Origin: Methanotrichaceae archaeon
GTDB lineage: Archaea; Halobacteriota; Methanosarcinia; Methanotrichales; Methanotrichaceae
Assembly: GCA_963754945.1 (NCBI GenBank)
Contig: CAVWIG010000029.1
Location: forward strand, 1 to 64,000
Direction of reading: 5' to 3'
DNA: 64,000 nucleotides
The notes beneath the pieces were generated by a model. The model searched no databases and had not been told where the DNA came from. It saw only the letters and a program-made list of their open reading frames with translations. Both the position numbers and the translations under genes were made by a program. Positions 1 to 11,035 of this stretch are shown piece by piece (positions within the stretch are counted from its first letter, which is position 1; each line of letters opens with the position of its first letter).

Positions 1-241
1 TAATCACGATGTCAATGTTCGGACGACCTCCGCGGCTAGTTTTATTTTTGTATATCAATGGTTCCAAAAATCTGAAACGCTCCCAATTGATCAACGATCC
101 GATCTCGGATAGATCATCTCCGAGGGCTTTTACTCGAGCATATTCTGCTCGAATGGCAAAATCAATGAGAGTCCTCATGCATTATATTATAGTATTAATA
201 GTATATAAGTATTTCGATTGATTAGTTTTTCGAAACTCTCA
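1..241 (-). mobile_element. IS5-family element, partial copy (left end and 5' part of transposase), runs off window edge
   Basis: Reverse complement of the start of the IS at 12320-13606; terminal repeat TCGAAACTCTCA ends at 241. Confidence 0.9.
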
Positions 242-545
242 TGAGATGTAGAGCCTGCTTGGCGCTTTAGGCCTTTGCGAACACCTGCGCCGCGCTGCTG
301 TTCCGTAGATCTCGCTAAACGACGGCTTGCTACGCCAATGACGGCGTGCACCTCTCTTGCCGCCTCCACCCATCACTATTGAAGGCGGGCGACCGAAGAC
401 TACGCAAGATTGCATGGCGCTCTTCCAGCCCCCTTTGAGATCCGCCACCGTACAATGAAGATGGCGGTCGACGCCCTTAGTCGCGTTTAGATCTCAGGCC
501 AACAGAGCTTAATCGGCGCTCCAGCGAGACTTGTGGCACAAAGCA
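242..545 (-). ncRNA. Candidate large structured ncRNA (copy A), 3' part cut by the IS5 insertion
   Basis: GC-rich non-coding stretch with about 10 collinear motif matches to 41377-41710, including TGCACGCCGTCATTGGCGTAGCAA (327-350), 22/24 identical to 41598-41621. Confidence 0.55.
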
Positions 546-755
546 CGGCAAACTACTACTATAATCGTTATGATTATATCTAGTTTTCGACTCGACGTGC
601 AAGTTCGAACAATTGCATTTCCCGGTATCTTAATCTATGAATCTGTAAATCCGTGACTCCACAGCAACCTTCAATAGTCATTAACTCTATATCAATCGTG
701 AATGGAGATCTTCTTCATCTACCATTTTTCCAGTTTTCCATCAAGGAGGTTCTAG

Positions 756-1082
756 ATGGCAGAAGGAATTATCCAGTTCGAGGTAGAGATCACTGACATG
801 GCCCGAATAAGATCTCGGGTGAGCTGGCCGGACTCGTCGGGACCGTGGATAGAAGGAGGGTTAGAAGATCTGATGGTGCATTTCACATATGCATGCTGGA
901 ACGCCCACATGCTTGGACACGCCGTCTCCCTGGCCTTGGCGAGTGGCGATGACCAATTGGGCCAGGCCGTGTCAAGCATGCTCTCCAAGACGATTGAGGC
1001 CATGGGAGCGGTTCAGATGGCTGAGATAAGGTTGAACCGGCAGGCAATGGACGACATGCGAAAGGACGGAACGCCTCCTTGA
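756..1082 (+). CDS. Hypothetical protein
   Basis: 108-aa ORF preceded by AAGGAGG ribosome-binding site. Confidence 0.6.
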   Translation: MAEGIIQFEVEITDMARIRSRVSWPDSSGPWIEGGLEDLMVHFTYACWNAHMLGHAVSLALASGDDQLGQAVSSMLSKTIEAMGAVQMAEIRLNRQAMDDMRKDGTPP

Positions 1083-1144
1083 ATAGTGGTTCTTTCTATT
1101 TTATCTTCCTTGCTTAACACCTGGCACAGAAAATAGATAATTAG

Positions 1145-1217
1145 TAGCCCGGCCAGGATTCGAACCTAGGTGAGGAGGTCCAGAGCCTCCAGTGATTGAC
1201 CGCTACACTACCGGGCT
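1145..1217 (-). tRNA. tRNA-Gln(CTG)
   Basis: Cloverleaf AGCCCGG...CCGGGCT-A; anticodon arm GGAGG-CTCTGGA-CCTCC; T-loop GGTTCGAATCC. Confidence 0.95.
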
Positions 1218-1534
1218 TCGAACATAATCCATATCAAAGGAGGTTATTAATCTATCGATCCCTGACTACATCTGAACTCCATTTCACTAATCCCTTCAGA
1301 ATGGGTTTCAGCCAAGGATCTCAACATTCGACCCTCGGAATGCGCTTCATCGTTATCTTTATCGTTATCTTTATCCAAGCGGACAATGATGCGGGGAAGC
1401 ATCAAACGACCTCGATCTCGGAATCCGTGCCCATCAAGCCCACCCTAGAGAGATTTTGGTTGGCGACTTCGCGTCTTTATGCGATGGAACCGTGACAGCA
1501 ATCAACGCTATTTGTCTATAGATATATAAAGTAC

Positions 1535-2587
1535 CTAATAATCATTTCCGATGCGAGCATCGACCACTGCGTGGACGACTCCAGGGGAATATTTTTTCAC
1601 CCTGGAAAAGCTCATGACCTCCACCCTCTTGCCCAGCTTCTCTGCTGCTTCTACCACGTCCTTTATGGCATCGTCCGGATACTTCCTGGAAGGGATTGTC
1701 TGGTGATAGTGTAGCACTCCTCCGGGGCGCAGTGCTTGAACTCCAGTTCTAAGATATCGATCTGTTGAGCCCACGTAACCCATCACAACCCTGTCGGCAA
1801 CGTCTTGTGGAGTCGCCTCCTGGCAGTCGCCAAGGATAGGCTCGACGATGGATTCGGCGTGATTGAGGCGCACATTCTCTATCAGGTATCTGTAAGCCAC
1901 AGGATTTATCTCGATGGCCAGAACTTTTTTGGGCTTGGCATGGACTGCCATGGGAAGGGCAAAATAGCCGATTCCTGCAAACATGTCCACTACAATCTCG
2001 TCGCGGCCTAGAAAGCTCATGCGCATGCGTTCGCGAAGGTTGCCCTGGGAGAACATCACCTTGAGGGCATCAAGTTTGAACAGAACACCGTTCTCTCGAT
2101 GGACAGTTTCTGATGACTCTCCAACTATGATCTCTCGGACGGGCTCCCTGAGCGGCCCTTCGATCCCGAAGTCTCGTAGCACTGATCTACAACGGGGGTA
2201 GATGGATAGAAGAGCATTTCCTATCAGGTCTTTAAACCTCTCCAGTTGAGGCTGAATCTTGACAATTATGATGTCACCCAGGATGAACCATCCACGCGGC
2301 AATAGATCGAGCTGATCTTGGTTCATCTGGCTTTTCATGAGGTCCGCCAGTTCGAGTGATCTCTTAAAAAACTCTGGATGCTCCTGGACAATCGTCTGAT
2401 AGGCTAACGGGGGCTCTTTAACCGGTATCTCAACCAAGCTCTGCCTTGTCAGGACTTTTCTACGTGAATCGAGCAAACCGCTTGAAGAGATCTCCTCAAT
2501 GGCAACCTTTGCCTCGCCTCGACTGACTAGAGCAGCCAGGAAGCTCTGCTGATGTTCGTCATCTCTTTGGACTGTAGCTCTGCTCAA
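1535..2587 (-). CDS. Trm5/Tyw2-family SAM-dependent tRNA modification enzyme (Taw2-like aminocarboxypropyltransferase)
   Basis: Motifs VVDMFAGIGYF, EINP, ADRVVMG, VKKYSPG. Confidence 0.85.
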   Translation of the reverse strand: MSRATVQRDDEHQQSFLAALVSRGEAKVAIEEISSSGLLDSRRKVLTRQSLVEIPVKEPPLAYQTIVQEHPEFFKRSLELADLMKSQMNQDQLDLLPRGWFILGDIIIVKIQPQLERFKDLIGNALLSIYPRCRSVLRDFGIEGPLREPVREIIVGESSETVHRENGVLFKLDALKVMFSQGNLRERMRMSFLGRDEIVVDMFAGIGYFALPMAVHAKPKKVLAIEINPVAYRYLIENVRLNHAESIVEPILGDCQEATPQDVADRVVMGYVGSTDRYLRTGVQALRPGGVLHYHQTIPSRKYPDDAIKDVVEAAEKLGKRVEVMSFSRVKKYSPGVVHAVVDARIGNDY

Positions 2588-3833
2588 AGCTGACCCCTTC
2601 TCGGGTGCAGTTGAACCTGAGGATTATACTGTTGTCTCTGCGTTTGACATCATAATCCTTGCCGTGAACAACCAGTCCGGAGTCGTACCCTTTTGGAACT
2701 GCCAGGCTGAGGATGACAGGAACCGCCGTCCAGTTCCTGGACAGGTACAACCGTACACTCGCATCGCTGCTGGTGTTCAACCTGATGGAAGTATTGCCTG
2801 CATGAGATATGGTAATAACTCCGCCTCGAGAGCTTATGCTTTTGTCGATGTCTGGAGGCAGCACCATCTCTATTTCGTCGCTAAACCCATCATGGTTCGT
2901 TATATCCAAGCCAAGGAAATTGCCTTGGCTGGTGTTGGAGAGAAACGAGGAGTAGTACACAGTCTTAGAAGGACCAGATGGGACTAGACCGAAGAAGTAC
3001 GATCCTGCCGCTAAAACGACGATCAGGGCGATCAGTCCCAGAGAAGCGATCTTGATCTTGCTTCTATTGCCCTCATCTTTTCCCGAAGTTGCTGGCATCT
3101 TTGTCTCGGGCGATGATGTTGCCGCTTCGTGGAGGGGTTGGTCGGGCCTAGTAAAATTCTCCTCGGCTCCAGCCATGCCCTGGGCGGGCTCTTCCGCGAC
3201 ATCTACAAACAGCTCTGGCGCATGATCTGGATAAGCAGAGATGCTCTGTTGTGTATCGGCAGGTATCTTCTTCTCGCTCAGAGATTCCTTCTCTCCAGAG
3301 GAAGCTTCAGAGGCAACTTCAATAGCTGATGGCCCTACAGTCTTGGTTGTCTTCTCATCGATGGAAGCTTTGGATTCCTGCCGTTGGTCAGCTTTCTCGG
3401 GTTCCGGCGTAGCGACCTCTAACTGGACGGGTACCTTTCTTCTAGTGGGAAGTACTACCGTGCCCTCATCGAAGTTGAACGCGAGCTCGGTGTAGGTGCC
3501 TGATGAATCTACGAACATCTTCGCTCTGGGCACTAGGTAGGACACACCCGAGATCTTGACCTCCTCAAAGAACTCGGTGTTCTTGGTGAGACGATCCTTG
3601 AATGCGTAGACTGCGCCGCTCTCCATCTTGGCGTCTATCTCACTTAAGCTGGGGAACCGGTCCTCCTGAGCTGCTAGCACTTTGGTGGCCCTGACATAAG
3701 CCTCGAAGAAAACCCTGCTCATCCGGTTGAGCCTGTTCGTGTATCGCCGGTCGAAGAGAAAGGAGAAGCTTTCGCCTTTAAGCGTCAACCTCTCTTCGGT
3801 CAACTGTCGCCAGGCAGAGTAGGAAACATCCAT
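2559..3833 (-). CDS. Hypothetical membrane-anchored protein
   Basis: 424-aa ORF with low-complexity linker and one TM helix (IASLGLIALIVVLAAGSYFF). Confidence 0.7.
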   Translation of the reverse strand: MDVSYSAWRQLTEERLTLKGESFSFLFDRRYTNRLNRMSRVFFEAYVRATKVLAAQEDRFPSLSEIDAKMESGAVYAFKDRLTKNTEFFEEVKISGVSYLVPRAKMFVDSSGTYTELAFNFDEGTVVLPTRRKVPVQLEVATPEPEKADQRQESKASIDEKTTKTVGPSAIEVASEASSGEKESLSEKKIPADTQQSISAYPDHAPELFVDVAEEPAQGMAGAEENFTRPDQPLHEAATSSPETKMPATSGKDEGNRSKIKIASLGLIALIVVLAAGSYFFGLVPSGPSKTVYYSSFLSNTSQGNFLGLDITNHDGFSDEIEMVLPPDIDKSISSRGGVITISHAGNTSIRLNTSSDASVRLYLSRNWTAVPVILSLAVPKGYDSGLVVHGKDYDVKRRDNSIILRFNCTREGVSFEQSYSPKR

Positions 3834-3923
3834 CGCTCGGACAATCTCTCTGGGGCCACATAAGTATTTTATGTATGGACCTTGGGCGTTACGTCCCGCC
3901 TGTAGGCCTCATATCGATCTCGT

Positions 3924-4601
3924 ATGAGAGGTACCTTTAAATCTGGACCGATGAAGAATAAGAAGCTGATGAAGCAATTGGGAATATCGGTGCCCATTCT
4001 TCTGCTCTTTGGGATCTGGATCATTGGTGGCCTTTGTGCGGCGTCCGAGTTAACGGCCGACCAACAGGTACAACCTTCAACCGCAGCGGTTGGGGAGACT
4101 GCAATGGTGACCCTCATGCTTTCCTACGGCGGAAACAACGGCACCCAGGTCACAGTTACGCCTGACTTTACTCCAGGGGTCCTGGCAGATTCGGGCCCTC
4201 AGACTGACCTCCTGTCCCCAGGAAGCCAACAGATGATCAGCTACCCCATCAGAGCTGAGAGGAGTGGGTCGTATTGGATAAACACTCTTATCTCCTACAC
4301 AGATGGCGGAGCCTTGAGACAGCTAAGCAAAGAATCGCCATTTACAGCAACGGGTGGGCCCATCCAGCCTGAGCAGCAGCCCGGAAGTGGGCCAATCCCA
4401 TCTCAACCAGCACCAGAGCCTGCGCCTGTACACGTTGACCCGGCCCCTATTGACAGTGGTCCTAATGGCAACGGCCCTATCGACAACGGATCGGTGCCTC
4501 CAGAACACTCTCCTGCGCCATCAGAACAATCTCCTGTGTCACCAGGGCCTACAGAGCCGCCCGCAGATAAACCGGCACCCTCCGGCAATGCGTCTGTCTA
4601 G
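3924..4601 (+). CDS. Secreted protein with Ig-like (BatD/CARDB-like) domain and Pro-rich tail; start probably nearer 3951-3969
   Basis: Signal-peptide-like N-terminus, beta-rich domain, PQ/PA-rich C-terminus. Confidence 0.65.
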   Translation: MRGTFKSGPMKNKKLMKQLGISVPILLLFGIWIIGGLCAASELTADQQVQPSTAAVGETAMVTLMLSYGGNNGTQVTVTPDFTPGVLADSGPQTDLLSPGSQQMISYPIRAERSGSYWINTLISYTDGGALRQLSKESPFTATGGPIQPEQQPGSGPIPSQPAPEPAPVHVDPAPIDSGPNGNGPIDNGSVPPEHSPAPSEQSPVSPGPTEPPADKPAPSGNASV

Positions 4602-4695
4602 ACCATATTTCAGCGAAAATATTTTTTTGAGATTTATTCCTGGAAATATGGAATATTCAATTTAGGGTTGTTATTACTGTTGTTATCGGCCAATA

Positions 4696-5241
4696 TTACA
4701 GTTTTATTTTCAGGTCATCTCTGGTGAAGATTGTTTCTAATCGATATCCTGCTCCCTCGATGGCCTCTCTTCCGCCCTCCTGCCGATCCAGTACGGCCAG
4801 GGCTTGAACAGGCTCGAAGCCAGCAGCGACAATACGCTCGATGGATTTCAGCAGCGATGCTCCTGAGGTCACAACGTCGTCCACAACAGCAACCTTTGAG
4901 CCCGGATCCTGGACAGGCCCTTCGATGAAGCTCATGGTCCCGTGCTTCTTTGGCTCCTTTCTGATTATCATTGCAGGAAGATTCCTACCCTCGATGTGGC
5001 TCAGCACGGCAATGGAGGCCACTATGGGGTCAGCTCCAAGGGTCAGCCCTCCCACGGCCGACACGTCTTCATCGATCATCCCAAGCATCAGCTTCGCAGT
5101 TAGGTATGCGCCCTCTGGGCTCAAAGTCACCCGTTTGCAGTCGATGTAATAGTCGCTGATTCGGCCCGAAGAGAGGGTGACCCTTCTTACCTCCAGGGCT
5201 TCGGTCTGTAGCAAGTTCAGCAATTGCTCTCTATCGCTCAA
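4696..5241 (-). CDS. pyrE: Orotate phosphoribosyltransferase
   Basis: LSSGRISDYYIDC, RKEPKKHG, VVDDVVTSGAS PRPP-binding motif. Confidence 0.95.
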   Translation of the reverse strand: MSDREQLLNLLQTEALEVRRVTLSSGRISDYYIDCKRVTLSPEGAYLTAKLMLGMIDEDVSAVGGLTLGADPIVASIAVLSHIEGRNLPAMIIRKEPKKHGTMSFIEGPVQDPGSKVAVVDDVVTSGASLLKSIERIVAAGFEPVQALAVLDRQEGGREAIEGAGYRLETIFTRDDLKIKL

Positions 5242-5282
5242 TCTGTTCAGCTCTCCTTGGATTTAGTCCGTCTCCTGGAGAT

Positions 5283-6080
5283 TTACGTTTTCCGCCCTCG
5301 AGGTTGATTTTCCGGAGCTTTTATTGCGCCTAGGACCCCCAGGTCGGTTCCGTCCAGAAGATATATCCTAGCTCTGTCCAGGTCGGCCATGGTCAGAATG
5401 GGTCCGCGCTCATCCTCTATAGATTCGTTGAGCGAAAGGCCGCCGAAGAGGTCGTTATAAGCTGGTACGATCAAGATCTCGGGAAGAGGCAGCAACTGCC
5501 TGTACTGGGCCTCCACGACTTCGGCTCGGAGAGGTGCCCTGACCCAAACAGGCCTATTGACGGAGTGGCCCAGTGAATCGCGAAGCTTTATGGCCGGATG
5601 GATGTGCCCTGCCACTAGAATTTCGGAACTGAACAGTTTCGGGTCGGGCCAGGTGTGGCCATGGAAGTATCCGACTCCGTCCAGGACGTAACCCGAGGAA
5701 GGCATAACCCTGGTCCCAGGAGGAGCGAGGTCCGTGAGTCCTCCGTCGTGGTTGCCGGGAACAAGGTCAACTTCGACCTCTTGGGATAACGATTCTAAAA
5801 AAGAGGGTACCTCTTTCTGTTCTTGCCAGCTTGTCCGGGGGACATTGTGCTTTGTGTCGCCCAGAAGCACCAGGCGGTCAGGATCGACCTCTTTCAAATA
5901 GCCCTTCAGTCGCTCCAGAAGTCTATGCGTCTGGCTCGGGATGCTAACTCCACAGAGCCACAGCTCATGCTCCAGCCCCAGATGAATATCTGCCGCCACC
6001 AGGACCTTAAGTTCTCTCTCCACTACCAGCAGCGGTGCGCCAAAAACAGGATTGACCTGGACATTGACCTGATCGATCAA
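5283..6080 (-). CDS. Metallophosphoesterase (ICC/calcineurin-like)
   Basis: ADIHLG, LGD, GNHD, HGH, GHIHP motifs. Confidence 0.9.
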   Translation of the reverse strand: MIDQVNVQVNPVFGAPLLVVERELKVLVAADIHLGLEHELWLCGVSIPSQTHRLLERLKGYLKEVDPDRLVLLGDTKHNVPRTSWQEQKEVPSFLESLSQEVEVDLVPGNHDGGLTDLAPPGTRVMPSSGYVLDGVGYFHGHTWPDPKLFSSEILVAGHIHPAIKLRDSLGHSVNRPVWVRAPLRAEVVEAQYRQLLPLPEILIVPAYNDLFGGLSLNESIEDERGPILTMADLDRARIYLLDGTDLGVLGAIKAPENQPRGRKT

Positions 6081-6493
6081 GAATCTAGGATCTCCAACAG
6101 CCTTGATACAAGGAGATCAAGGCTGCTTACAATGTCCATGCACGAACCCTCAACCATGGCGTTGACCTTGGATGAAGCGGCTTCGCCGGCTTTTCGAAAG
6201 TCCGTCCTGATGCCAATGACCTTTCCTCCCCTTGCATAATGGTAACCGACTTCCCAGGCAGTACCATCGTCCACCTGAGGCCCGTCAAGAATAGCCACCA
6301 TGATATTGCATTCATCCAGGGCTTTGATATTTGACTGGAAGATCTTCTTAGGCGAACCTGTTGTGATCTCGTGAGGCCAGATGACCACTATCCTGTCACC
6401 AAGCTCTTCGAGAATGCAAGTCTTTATCCGACTGCCGTACTCGATCTCAGCCCAGCTGAAGAGCGGTCCGGAGAGGTAAACCTTCTTTTTCAT
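6077..6493 (-). CDS. Nucleoside 2-deoxyribosyltransferase family protein
   Basis: VYLSGPLF and [10 protein letters not shown] motifs; ATG overlaps lysS stop (ATGA). Confidence 0.88.
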   Translation of the reverse strand: MKKKVYLSGPLFSWAEIEYGSRIKTCILEELGDRIVVIWPHEITTGSPKKIFQSNIKALDECNIMVAILDGPQVDDGTAWEVGYHYARGGKVIGIRTDFRKAGEAASSKVNAMVEGSCMDIVSSLDLLVSRLLEILDS

Positions 6494-8001
6494 TTGGGGA
6501 TCGAAGCCTGCATCAGTCTGCTCTTTACGAAATCTCGATCCATGCTGGCCAGGAACCATCCCACCTTGGGCCCCTGCCGGTCGCCCAAGAAGGCGATGTA
6601 GATGGCCTGGAAGAACTTCTTTGAGTCGAGGCCAAGCTCCTTAGCAACCACGTAAACCAGGTCGTGAATCTCGGCTGCGGTCTTGCTTTCGATTCTATCG
6701 GCCAGGATTCCCATGCCTTTTCTTTCTTCCGGGCTCAGGTTGTTGACTGCTGCAGGAAGCGTCTCTTGAACCTGGAACTTCACGAAGCTGGGAGCGTACT
6801 TATCCAACCACTTCTCAACGTTTGCCGCCCTTCCCATAATTTCGTCCATGCGGGATGTGTCGTACCCGGACCTCTGAAGGGCCTTGATCAAAAGATCATG
6901 ATCTCCCCGGGCGATCTGAACAGCTGTGACCATGTGCCTGAAGGGAACCTCGAAGGGCCCGCTCCCGCTTACTGCTGAAAGCTCCAACGCCCTCGAATCG
7001 CCCTTTCTTTGATCGTACTCGTCAACAAGGTTTAGCAGGGGCAGCGCCGGGTCGAACTCAATGTGCTTCTCGGGCTTGTTTCTGATGATCAGATATCGTA
7101 GCACCTCAGGTGGCACAACATCCAGCATCTCCTTTATGGTCACCACGATGCCTGTAGAACTGTGCATAGCACCCACGCCCTTCAGGTGGATCCACTCGTA
7201 CACTATTGGGAAAGGTGCAGGATAGCCGTAGATCTCCTCACTGATCCTCTTGCCCGTGTCGTAGGAGCCACCTGCCGTGGCGTGATCTTTGCCGAAGGGC
7301 TCGACGGTGACTTTGAATATCGGCCAGCGAGCAGGCCAATCCACCCGCCAGACAAGCTTGCCGCCGCCGCGCATTGAAACAGTTCCTCTGGAGCCGCACT
7401 CGCACTCGTAATCCACAGTCTCAGTCTCCGGGTTGAAGCCGACGACTTTGGTGGTGTTGGTCCTGCCGCAGCACTCGCAGATGGCCTGGAAGGGGCTCCA
7501 GTTCAGAGGAACGTCCCGGCCCGAAACCTCCTTCAGGATTCGGGCGATGTCGTCCCTCCGGGTCAGGGCGGTCTTGATCGCTTCCACGAACTTCCCTTCC
7601 TTGTACATTACATCGGCCCTGTAGACTTCCGGCTCGATTCCAAGCTTTTCCAGGGACTCAAGGAAGGGCATTAAAAAGTGATCGGCGTAGCTCCCGCAGC
7701 AACCCGTGGGACACGGTATCTCCGAGAGGGGCTTGCCTATGTGCTCCGTGAAGCTCTCCGGCAAGAAGGGGTAGAGCCTACGCAGACGATCGAAATTATC
7801 GGCTATGTAGATGAGGCGGGCCTTGACCCCTCTGTCCAGCAGGGCGCGGTAGACAGCGTCGGCGGTCATGACTTCGCGCATGTTTCCGATGTGAACAGGG
7901 CCAGAGGGCGTGATGCCAGTGGCGATGGTGTGAGGGCCGCTATCCTCCAGCTTTTGGGCGATAACGTCAGCCCAGTGAACAGTGATGCCCGGATCCGTCA
8001 T
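6490..8001 (-). CDS. lysS: Class I lysyl-tRNA synthetase
   Basis: [35 protein letters not shown] (KMSKS-like). Confidence 0.96.
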   Translation of the reverse strand: MTDPGITVHWADVIAQKLEDSGPHTIATGITPSGPVHIGNMREVMTADAVYRALLDRGVKARLIYIADNFDRLRRLYPFLPESFTEHIGKPLSEIPCPTGCCGSYADHFLMPFLESLEKLGIEPEVYRADVMYKEGKFVEAIKTALTRRDDIARILKEVSGRDVPLNWSPFQAICECCGRTNTTKVVGFNPETETVDYECECGSRGTVSMRGGGKLVWRVDWPARWPIFKVTVEPFGKDHATAGGSYDTGKRISEEIYGYPAPFPIVYEWIHLKGVGAMHSSTGIVVTIKEMLDVVPPEVLRYLIIRNKPEKHIEFDPALPLLNLVDEYDQRKGDSRALELSAVSGSGPFEVPFRHMVTAVQIARGDHDLLIKALQRSGYDTSRMDEIMGRAANVEKWLDKYAPSFVKFQVQETLPAAVNNLSPEERKGMGILADRIESKTAAEIHDLVYVVAKELGLDSKKFFQAIYIAFLGDRQGPKVGWFLASMDRDFVKSRLMQASIPK

Positions 8002-8069
8002 GCTTAGATCCGGTGCTGAAACGGAATATTAAGCTTCCGACGACGGAGAGGCTTTTTAAGTAAAGGGCA

Positions 8070-8540
8070 ATGTCAGGATCTGAAATGTCCACCATCGATC
8101 GGCCCGACCTGGATGAATACTTCATGGAGATCGCCTCAGTGGTCGCCAAGCGGTCCACCTGCCTTCGAAACCAGGTGGGAGCACTCTTCGTCAAGAACAA
8201 GAGGCTGCTGACAACAGGATACAACGGCGCGCCCGCAGGCCTCCAGCACTGCGACGAGGCCGGATGTGCCCGCGAAGGAGTGGCCAGCGGCACTCGCCAC
8301 GAGCTCTGTCGGGCCGTTCACGCCGAGCAAAACGCCATAATCCAGGCTGCCCTTCACGGTGTGAGCATAGAAGGAGCCACCCTCTACTGCACACACCAGC
8401 CCTGCGTCCTGTGCGCCAAGATGCTGATCAACACCAAGGTCACCCGTGTGGTGTACAACCAAAGCTATCCAGACGATACTGCTCTTCGATTTCTTGCCCA
8501 GGCTGGGGTTGAAGTAACCAGGCTGACAGAAAGGGTTTAG
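8070..8540 (+). CDS. dCMP deaminase (ComEB-like)
   Basis: TGYNG, HAEQNA and PCVLC zinc motifs. Confidence 0.92.
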   Translation: MSGSEMSTIDRPDLDEYFMEIASVVAKRSTCLRNQVGALFVKNKRLLTTGYNGAPAGLQHCDEAGCAREGVASGTRHELCRAVHAEQNAIIQAALHGVSIEGATLYCTHQPCVLCAKMLINTKVTRVVYNQSYPDDTALRFLAQAGVEVTRLTERV

Positions 8541-8565
8541 TAAAGTCCGGTCCTTCTCAGAGAAC

Positions 8566-9849
8566 ATGTTTGGGACCAAGGCACACCTCACAGCCCATGA
8601 CGATCACCTGTTCATAGAAGATGTTGACTCGTTTGATCTTGCCAAAGAATTCGGCACTCCACTGTACGTCACCAGCGAGGCCAGGCTGCGGCAGAACATT
8701 CACGCCTACCACAGCGCTTTTCCTGATGCTGATAAGTACTTTGCAGTCAAGGCCAATGGTAACCTGACAGTCCTATGCATCCTTGCCCAGGAGGGAGCCG
8801 GAGCTGACGTCTTCTCAATCGGCGAGCTGAACCTGGCAGGGCTCGCTGGTATACCAAAAGACAAGATCCTCTTCAACGGCAACTCCAAGAGCGAGCGGGA
8901 CCACAGGACAGCCCTGGAGGCGGGGGTCAGGATCTCAGTAGACTCTCGGGAGGAGCTGGAATCACTCTCCAGTGTCGCTTCAGAGCTGGGCGCTTGGGCA
9001 GAGGTCATGTTCAGGATAAATCCGGACGTTTCTGTAAAGACCCATCCGAAGATAGCAACGGGCTTGAAGACCTCCAAGTTTGGCATTCCTGCAGAACAGG
9101 TAGCTGAGACCTACCAGGCTGCTATGGACATGCCGAGCATCGAGCCTGTTGGCCTTCACTGCCACATTGGATCCCAGATCCTGGACATCTCTTCCTTCGC
9201 CGAGGCCGTTGCAAGGATGATGGACGTGACGCAAGAAGTGTCATCCGCTGGCGGAGAGGTCAAGCGTATAGACATCGGCGGAGGTCTAGGAATACAGTAC
9301 GCACCAGATACTCCAGCGCCCAAACCAGCAGACTTGGCCCAGGGCATCATCCCGATTTTCAGGGATCGCTGCCAGGAGATGGGCATCAAACCCAAGCTGA
9401 TTCTAGAGCCAGGACGTTCCATCGTGGCGGATACTACCATCATGCTGACCAGAGTTAACGTTGTCAAGAGGGCCCACGTCAACTTCGCGGCCGTGGATGC
9501 TGGATTCAACGTCCTTGCAAGGCCAATGCTGTACGACTCCTACCACCATGTCGTGGTGGCCAACAAGGCAGGGCGGCCAGCGGTGGAGAAGTACACCGTG
9601 GTGGGGCCCATCTGCGAGACTGGCGACATCCTGGCCAAGGACAGACTTCTGCCCAATGTGGAACGCGGCGACGTCCTGGCCTTCTTCGACGCCGGAGCCT
9701 ATGGATTTTCCATGGCATCCCAGTACAACGGCCAGCCTAGGCCAGCGGAGGTGCTGGTAAGCGGCGACAAGGCCGAATTGACACGCAGGGCAGAGGATAA
9801 CAGCGCGCTCTTGGCTGGGCAGCGGATACCATCCAGGCTGATGTGGTGA
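8566..9849 (+). CDS. lysA: Diaminopimelate decarboxylase
   Basis: FAVKAN, HIGSQ, DIGGG, EPGRS, GPICETGD, GAYG. Confidence 0.96.
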   Translation: MFGTKAHLTAHDDHLFIEDVDSFDLAKEFGTPLYVTSEARLRQNIHAYHSAFPDADKYFAVKANGNLTVLCILAQEGAGADVFSIGELNLAGLAGIPKDKILFNGNSKSERDHRTALEAGVRISVDSREELESLSSVASELGAWAEVMFRINPDVSVKTHPKIATGLKTSKFGIPAEQVAETYQAAMDMPSIEPVGLHCHIGSQILDISSFAEAVARMMDVTQEVSSAGGEVKRIDIGGGLGIQYAPDTPAPKPADLAQGIIPIFRDRCQEMGIKPKLILEPGRSIVADTTIMLTRVNVVKRAHVNFAAVDAGFNVLARPMLYDSYHHVVVANKAGRPAVEKYTVVGPICETGDILAKDRLLPNVERGDVLAFFDAGAYGFSMASQYNGQPRPAEVLVSGDKAELTRRAEDNSALLAGQRIPSRLMW

Positions 9850-9925
9850 GGCATATACCCTGATTTACGTTTCTGTCAGGAAAATCAGTTCCAATTTGCC
9901 GCAGTTTCTCCAGGTGGCTAAAATA

Positions 9926-10588
9926 ATGAGCGATCCAGGCAATTTGCAAGAATCACTAGAGAACGTATTGAACATCCTATTTCCCCTGAAGGCGAGCGAG
10001 TTCTCCGAGAAGCTCAACAAAGTCTCCGTTTACATCGGCACCATCGGAAAGAGCTTTGATTCGTATAATTCGGCCCTGGAATCGATCAAACAGCAGTCAG
10101 GCGGCGATCAAGACAAATACGGTAAGGAAGTCGCTTCCAGGACCGCCGCGCTTAAGGTATCTCTCGTAAGCTCCCTAAAATTCGCCAGGATGAACCTGGA
10201 TACGGCCATGATCCAGGCGCTGGATAAGCTAATTCGACGGCCTAAGAGCGCGAATAAAATAGACGAGCTGAAGAAGATAAGATCGCTTCAGGACTGGTTT
10301 GATCAGCTCCCTGATCCGGCTACTGCCATGCTGGAGCACTTCAAAGCATCATCAAGTCCTCTGGACAAGTGGCTGGTTGCAGGGCAATGGGGACACGAGT
10401 ATCTCCGGAAGCGGCAGATCAACCCGGAGGCATTCGATAGCCAGCTTTGTGAGCTGATATCCTGCTCGGATTCGGCGGCGTTAGGCGTGGTTTTGAACTA
10501 TGGCGAGTTAACCAAGGCAATCGAAGCGGTAGAAGAAAGGGCCCTGAAAATGATTGGGACGATGGAAGACGATGCGCTTACAAAATAA
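9926..10588 (+). CDS. Hypothetical alpha-helical protein
   Basis: Long ORF with host-like codon usage; start uncertain. Confidence 0.65.
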   Translation: MSDPGNLQESLENVLNILFPLKASEFSEKLNKVSVYIGTIGKSFDSYNSALESIKQQSGGDQDKYGKEVASRTAALKVSLVSSLKFARMNLDTAMIQALDKLIRRPKSANKIDELKKIRSLQDWFDQLPDPATAMLEHFKASSSPLDKWLVAGQWGHEYLRKRQINPEAFDSQLCELISCSDSAALGVVLNYGELTKAIEAVEERALKMIGTMEDDALTK

Positions 10589-11035
10589 GTTGGTGAAAAA
10601 GAAATAGTATCGAATGGCGTTCGGCTAGATCTGCGGTATGTTATTCACGAATAGATATTTTCCGCGACTTCTTCAAGCATATATTATCGATGTTCAAGAT
10701 ATCGATAGGCTATGTCCCAGTGGCATAGCCTAGAGATTGGCTATTAAGTTGGCAACTACCCAAGCCTTTCAAGAAGCTCGGATTACTTTTATAAACCCAG
10801 CTTCATGGGTTTGGATACGAATGAAACAATCCCAAGATTATTATAATTTTATAATCCGCATGTTTTCGACGGAGTGCATTGGGGAGCTGCACCGACAAAC
10901 ACGCACATGATCGCAATCAGTGCCAATTGCATCAAATACGATTGAGTATCGTTTCCCAATTTCAGAACATATAATTTTTATTCCCCTCAAAGACCGCAAA
11001 GTCTATCCGTTCATCGTCGATAACTAACATCTCCC

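Noticed and set aside
187-448. Short minus-strand ORFs (60-69 aa)
   Set aside because: They overlap the IS end and the structured-RNA candidate and have no protein features
1196-1495. 99-aa ORF and a 12-bp tandem repeat ATCGTTATCTTT
   Set aside because: The ORF starts inside the tRNA-Gln antisense; the repeat has only two units, so it is not an array
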